Source: the human T2T-CHM13v2.0 reference genome, Homo sapiens. Taken from it: a DNA stretch of 64,000 nt. Made by a program: the position numbers and the translations under genes. Positions 58,604 to 64,000 of this stretch are shown here, in pieces. Every line of letters starts with the position of its first letter. Within the stretch, counting starts at the first letter, position 1. The notes below the pieces were generated by a model. The model did not search any database, was not told the origin of the DNA, and saw only the letters and a list, made by a program, of their open reading frames with translations. The DNA lies in NCBI RefSeq assembly GCF_009914755.1, contig NC_060926.1; one strand, written 5' to 3'.

Positions 58604-58827
58604 TGTCTTAGTCCATTTCATGTTGCCATTAACAGAATACCTGAGACTAGGTAATTTTAAAAGAACAGAATTTTTATTGGCTCATGGTTCTGGAGGCTGA
58701 GAAGTCCAAGATTGAGGCTACATCTGGTGAGGTCCTTTTTCTCACATCATAACATGGTGGACATCATCACATGGTGAGAAAGAGACAGAAGAGGTGAGGG
58801 GAAGAGTGGGGGTTGTTGGAGGGTAGG

Positions 58828-58871
<44 letters not shown>

Positions 58872-59040
58872 CCAGACTCGCTTTAATAAACTCATTGTCT
58901 CAGTAAACACATTAATCCATTCATGAGGTTAGAGTCCTCATGACCTAATTACCTCTGAAAGGTCTCACCTGTCAACATTGTTGCATTGGGTATTAAATTT
59001 CCAACATATGATCTTTGTGAAATACATTCAAATCATAGCA
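58604..59040 (-). mobile_element. Solo MaLR LTR (MST/MLT1A-like) with internal (GT)n at 58830-58867
   Basis: TGTCTTAGTCCATTT...GGTTCTGGAGGCTGAGAAGTCCAAGAT...TTCAAATCATAGCA; flanks GATAG/GAGAG. Confidence 0.8.
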
Positions 59041-60571
59041 GAGAGCCTTTCTGTTTTAAAATAATTATATATGATAGTGGGAGGAAGTTGGGATTTATTT
59101 TCTAAAAAGCCCTTTCTTGGCAAAATGAAAAGTTGACTACCCTATTTCTGTCACCAGATTTTTTTTTTAAATGACACCAATCTATGAAAATCAAAAAGTC
59201 TAAAACTCGCTATTCTGGAAGATATTCATGTGAAATTCGACTGTTAAAAGTTTCTCACTTTGGAGCCGGTGTGGTGGGTGTTTGGCTAGTTGATTAAAAT
59301 GGCAAAATTGTAGTACTATTTAGCATTGGAAATTCCTGGCTTTTAGAATTAGTTGGAAAATTCAGATTTCGAAAACTGGAACCAATAGTTACCTTAGCTC
59401 TACATTAGAAGAGACCCAAATTTTTCAGGATAGTCACAGATTAGATCCCTCAAATGTTCCTTGTCTGTCTAAACTATGTTCTCTGAGTTGAGCCAAAAGC
59501 AAATTTGAAAAAGGGCTGTCAAATGACTTTGAGGTTTTGCTTTGCAACATTTAACAATTTTGAAGATTGCACATTTGCCTCTTTTTTTTTTTGAAAGAAG
59601 CATAACTTTGACCTCAGGAAAGAATCTCAGCCTTTTTCCTGAATTTTTTATTCTAGGTTCCATTCAGTAAGAGCATTCATTACCTGCATTTGAGTATGTA
59701 ATAGATAAAACCAAATTTTTAACATTTTCTTAAATATAGGTGTCAAGAAAATAATCAGAATCCATTGCATATGTCAATTTTTAATTAGATCATTAATTTA
59801 TGTTCTATAAGAAGTCTCTTGAATACTCTTTGGAGTATGAAGTATTAATTATGTGTCTTAGTTAAAATTTGTGGTTGCTGTGATAATACTGTGTAGATAG
59901 GTATGTCAGTAATACAGATCTTCTGAATTGTTCTTGCTTATACAAAATACAAATATAACATCAATATCTGTGTCTGATAATATTGTCTTTATTTTTTAAT
60001 CCTTTTATTACCTGATTTTTTGCCAAATTTCTACATTAAATACGTTATTTTGAATTTAAGAGACAGTGAGTAGAATTCAAGAAATCATTTCTGAAATTAA
60101 ATACATCATCACATTTTGTAACTCTGCTGTATGTATCATGCAAGCCATTGAACAGATCCAGTTTTTTCTGTCTAGAAATTTCAAGAGCAGTGCTTGATAT
60201 GAACAAATAAATGCTGTTAGGGTCTAAAGACCTGATCCCTTACGAAACCTTGAATATTAACACCAACATTTTTTGTGTCTATATCATTAGGTTATAATGT
60301 GTAGTAGAACAGGGCAGTTGGGTAAGGATTAGTGAAACTTTTTTATAGTTATTAAAATTTTAGACATAACTTGATTAAAAACTTGATAAGATAGGAGCAC
60401 CTTTATTGGCAGATTTATTTATTTATACAATATCTTGTGGCTCCCATACTTAGAGAAACATCTCCTAAGATTGTTGTAATAAATGCTTATTGGTCATAAT
60501 TGTGTTAATTTTACTAATTTTTAAAAATATCAGAAAAATATTGTACGAAGAGCCGTAAAGAAAGGAATCTG

Positions 60572-60947
<376 letters not shown>

Positions 60948-61491
60948 TTATCACAGTTTGAAATCTCTTTGTAAAATAAGGTGAATAGATTAGATGATTT
61001 CTGTGACACATATGATTTCAAAAGGTTAATACGTAAATTGAGGGCAAAAGCGGTTAATAAAAATATCCTCAGAAAAATAAAGATTTTCTAGTTTTTCTTT
61101 AGAAGTGTGTATTCATTCACATGAGATATATGTTTGTATGTCTGGATGTATTGGGACTTCTAAGACTTAATCTTCTCCAAACATTTTACATTGGACCATT
61201 ATTAGACTTTGTTAGCATATTGGTAGTTTAGCAAATTTATTTATTTATGATTCTGTTTTCTGCATAGTTTACTGTATATATGTGTGTCCTTATTTATACT
61301 TTTATTTAATAAAAGCCTAATGAAATATTGTTAAATTAATGCAGCTATCTATTGCTGTGTAACAAATGATCCCAAAACTTAGAAGTTGAAAACAGCAGTA
61401 GATAAGTAATGTAGCACTTTTTGTTTTGTTTTGTTTTTTAAAAAAGTCATTTACTTTGAAACATTTACTAGTTAAAGTAGTATTTTCTTTA

Positions 61492-61881
<390 letters not shown>

Positions 61882-62718
61882 TTTTTTTAAAAAGTGGTGT
61901 GCAAGACTTAATAGTGTTTTAGGATATTATTCAGTATGTGGTCATCTTTTATGGGAAATAACTTGATCCATATTATATTGGAATCTCCATAAAAATAATA
62001 CTGTAATCATACCTTTTATTGATTATTTCTTAAGTAAATAAAAGTCTGCAAATCGAACTAAATTATGTTGCTCTTGCTGTTGATCTTCCATAAAAGATTT
62101 TCATGAACTTTAATAATTACAGTTGCTTTTGTGGAAGTTTTTGTACCTTAAAATTTAAATCAGTTTAATATGTATTTAAATTAGTTTTACTAGAAGTGAA
62201 ACATTAGGAATAACACTTTAAAAACTTCTCAATTTGCATATCATAGGCTGTAATTTTATCACTTTTTATACGGTAAAAAGTCATTTTGACTTTTAAACAA
62301 AATACTATGTTTATGTACATATAGTAAAATTTAAATGTAGGTAGGTTTGAAGTGTAAGAAAATAAAAAAAATTTTTTTCTCCACCTCACAAAGATGTACT
62401 TTTGTTTGAGTTTATATCATATTGTGGCTTTTCTATTGAGAAATATTTTTGTAATTACTTTAATAATCAAGCATTCTAACCAATTGATAAGCCATTTATT
62501 TACATAGAATAAATTGAAAAAGATCTATATTTCTAATTTTTTCATTTCTCTCCTTTAAATTGTGTTTTTAATTTCAGTTTCTGGATATTAGAAATTTTGA
62601 TTAGGAGTACATTGAATTATCCAAATAAGCTTAAACATAAAAAATTGAAGTATGGACTTAAACTAATTACTGATATTACTTTGTGAAAGTGTTTTTCTTG
62701 CTGTCCCTTTTTTATTAG

Positions 62719-62896
62719 GTGAGTGTGGTCCAAGATTCAGTAAACATATCAGGACATACTAATACAAATACTTTGAAGGTGCCTGAGTGTCGTCTAGCAG
62801 AAGATTTAGGTAATCTCTGGGAAAACACAAGATTTACAGACTGCAGTTTTTTCGTGAGAGGACAAGAATTTAAAGCTCATAAATCTGTGCTTGCAG
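62719..62896 (+). CDS. SPOPL: SPOPL exon 6 (linker and start of BTB domain)
   Basis: 178 nt, TAG| ... CAG|GTACTT; [59 protein letters not shown] (BTB FKAHK.VLA motif). Confidence 0.97.
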
Positions 62897-62978
62897 GTAC
62901 TTTCTAGTTATGGGGTAATATAGTACATTTAAAAAAATGCATTTATGCATAAAATAATGATACATAATCTTGTTACAG

Positions 62979-63034
62979 CTCGATCTCCAGTTTTTAACGC
63001 CATGTTTGAACATGAAATGGAAGAAAGCAAAAAG
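62979..63034 (+). CDS. SPOPL: SPOPL exon 7 (BTB domain); gene continues beyond the window
   Basis: 56 nt after an 82-nt intron, CAG| ... AAG|GTAAAC; ARSPVFNAMFEHEMEESKK. Confidence 0.96.
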
Positions 63035-64000
63035 GTAAACATGGCTTAAAGGCTAATATTGAATTTATATAAACGTAAAGTAGTTGGGTGTATGTTTTAA
63101 AAGTAATAGTACAATGTTCTCATTGTCATACTGTGATAAGCAGGGAAAATTTTTACAAACAGGAAAAAAATGTGTTCTATAATAGAACAATAGATGTAGC
63201 TCAGTGTGGATGTGCAGTCAATATTCCAGAGAACAGCTATTTTTTATGCCCTTCTGGTAGGTAAATTGGATAGTTGTTATCCAAAAGGATAGTTATCCAA
63301 AGGACTGTTCTGGTCCATAGCTATTTGAGAAGTCTCTGTTCAAGGTATATATTCTCCCTTTGTAAGACTTTATGGATTGATTTTTGGAATCTGTTTTCTA
63401 GCAACAAAAATAACATAGATGACATCAGTATTATTGTATACCAACTGTAATCAGGATGTTACCTACTTGACTTCCCCAGATGTTTCTCTTTTACTTGTCA
63501 TCATGAAATGTAATTATGTTAGAGATCAGAGGTTGATTCTTTGCTGTTTGCATAACTTGTGAACCGTAGGGCTCCAGCTGGACAACTCCAGAGTTTTTTC
63601 ATGTGGCTCAATTTTATTCTTTCTGCAGAACTAGATGCTGCAATAAAATAACTGCTTTCTTTCTCCAAGTTTTGGTTTGGGGAGATGCTATGATCAGCCT
63701 TCTGATCACTTCCAAGTTGGGAGACATCAATGATGTCATATACTATTGACATCAAGGGGTCAGAAAAATTTGCTGTCATTTAGTTAGATATTTAGCTTTA
63801 TTGATCTCAGCAAAGAAACTAAATACAAAAACACGCAGTAAAAAAGCACTCTTTGGACTTGACTATTTTTCAGGTAAGCAAGGAAGTGCCAGTATATGAT
63901 AATACATGCCATTTTTGCAAATGGGAGAATTCTGAGGTAGTGGGCTTTATTGTTACCTCTAGTACCTTGCCCTACTTTTGCTTAATTCTGGGAATTAAGA

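Noticed and set aside
63519-63779. 86-aa minus-strand ATG ORF
   Set aside because: No recognisable domain or promoter; possibly a transposon remnant, cannot be supported as a gene

Overview
Primate (most likely human) genomic DNA holding the 5' part of SPOPL (speckle-type POZ protein-like, a MATH-BTB CUL3 adaptor) on the + strand. It contains a CpG-island promoter with exon 1 (donor after 5811), a ~48 kb repeat-rich intron 1, and coding exons 2-7 (53855-63034; 714 coding nt = 238 aa, covering the MATH domain and the start of the BTB domain). The gene continues past the window. Intron 1 carries a full-length but disrupted antisense L1PA with TSDs, a complete THE1 (MaLR) provirus, solo LTR2 and MER4-type LTRs, many Alus and old L1/L2/MIR/DNA-transposon fragments. 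The most interesting signal is a set of in-frame relationships around exon 2. A 51-codon exon-1 uORF is in frame with the main ORF and separated from it by a single TAA in exon 2. Exon 2 is 138 nt (3n) and starts with a donor consensus (AG|GTAAGG), so re-splicing or skipping would fuse the uORF to the MATH domain. Exons 2-5 (540 nt, 3n) are flanked by inverted AluY elements, and a circle of them would encode a 170-aa MATH-only protein. An L1 antisense promoter could supply a uORF-free first exon. These isoforms are inferences from sequence only. Several small locally templated duplications were also seen. Repeat subfamily names come from recognition, not from a database search; boundaries of old repeats are approximate.
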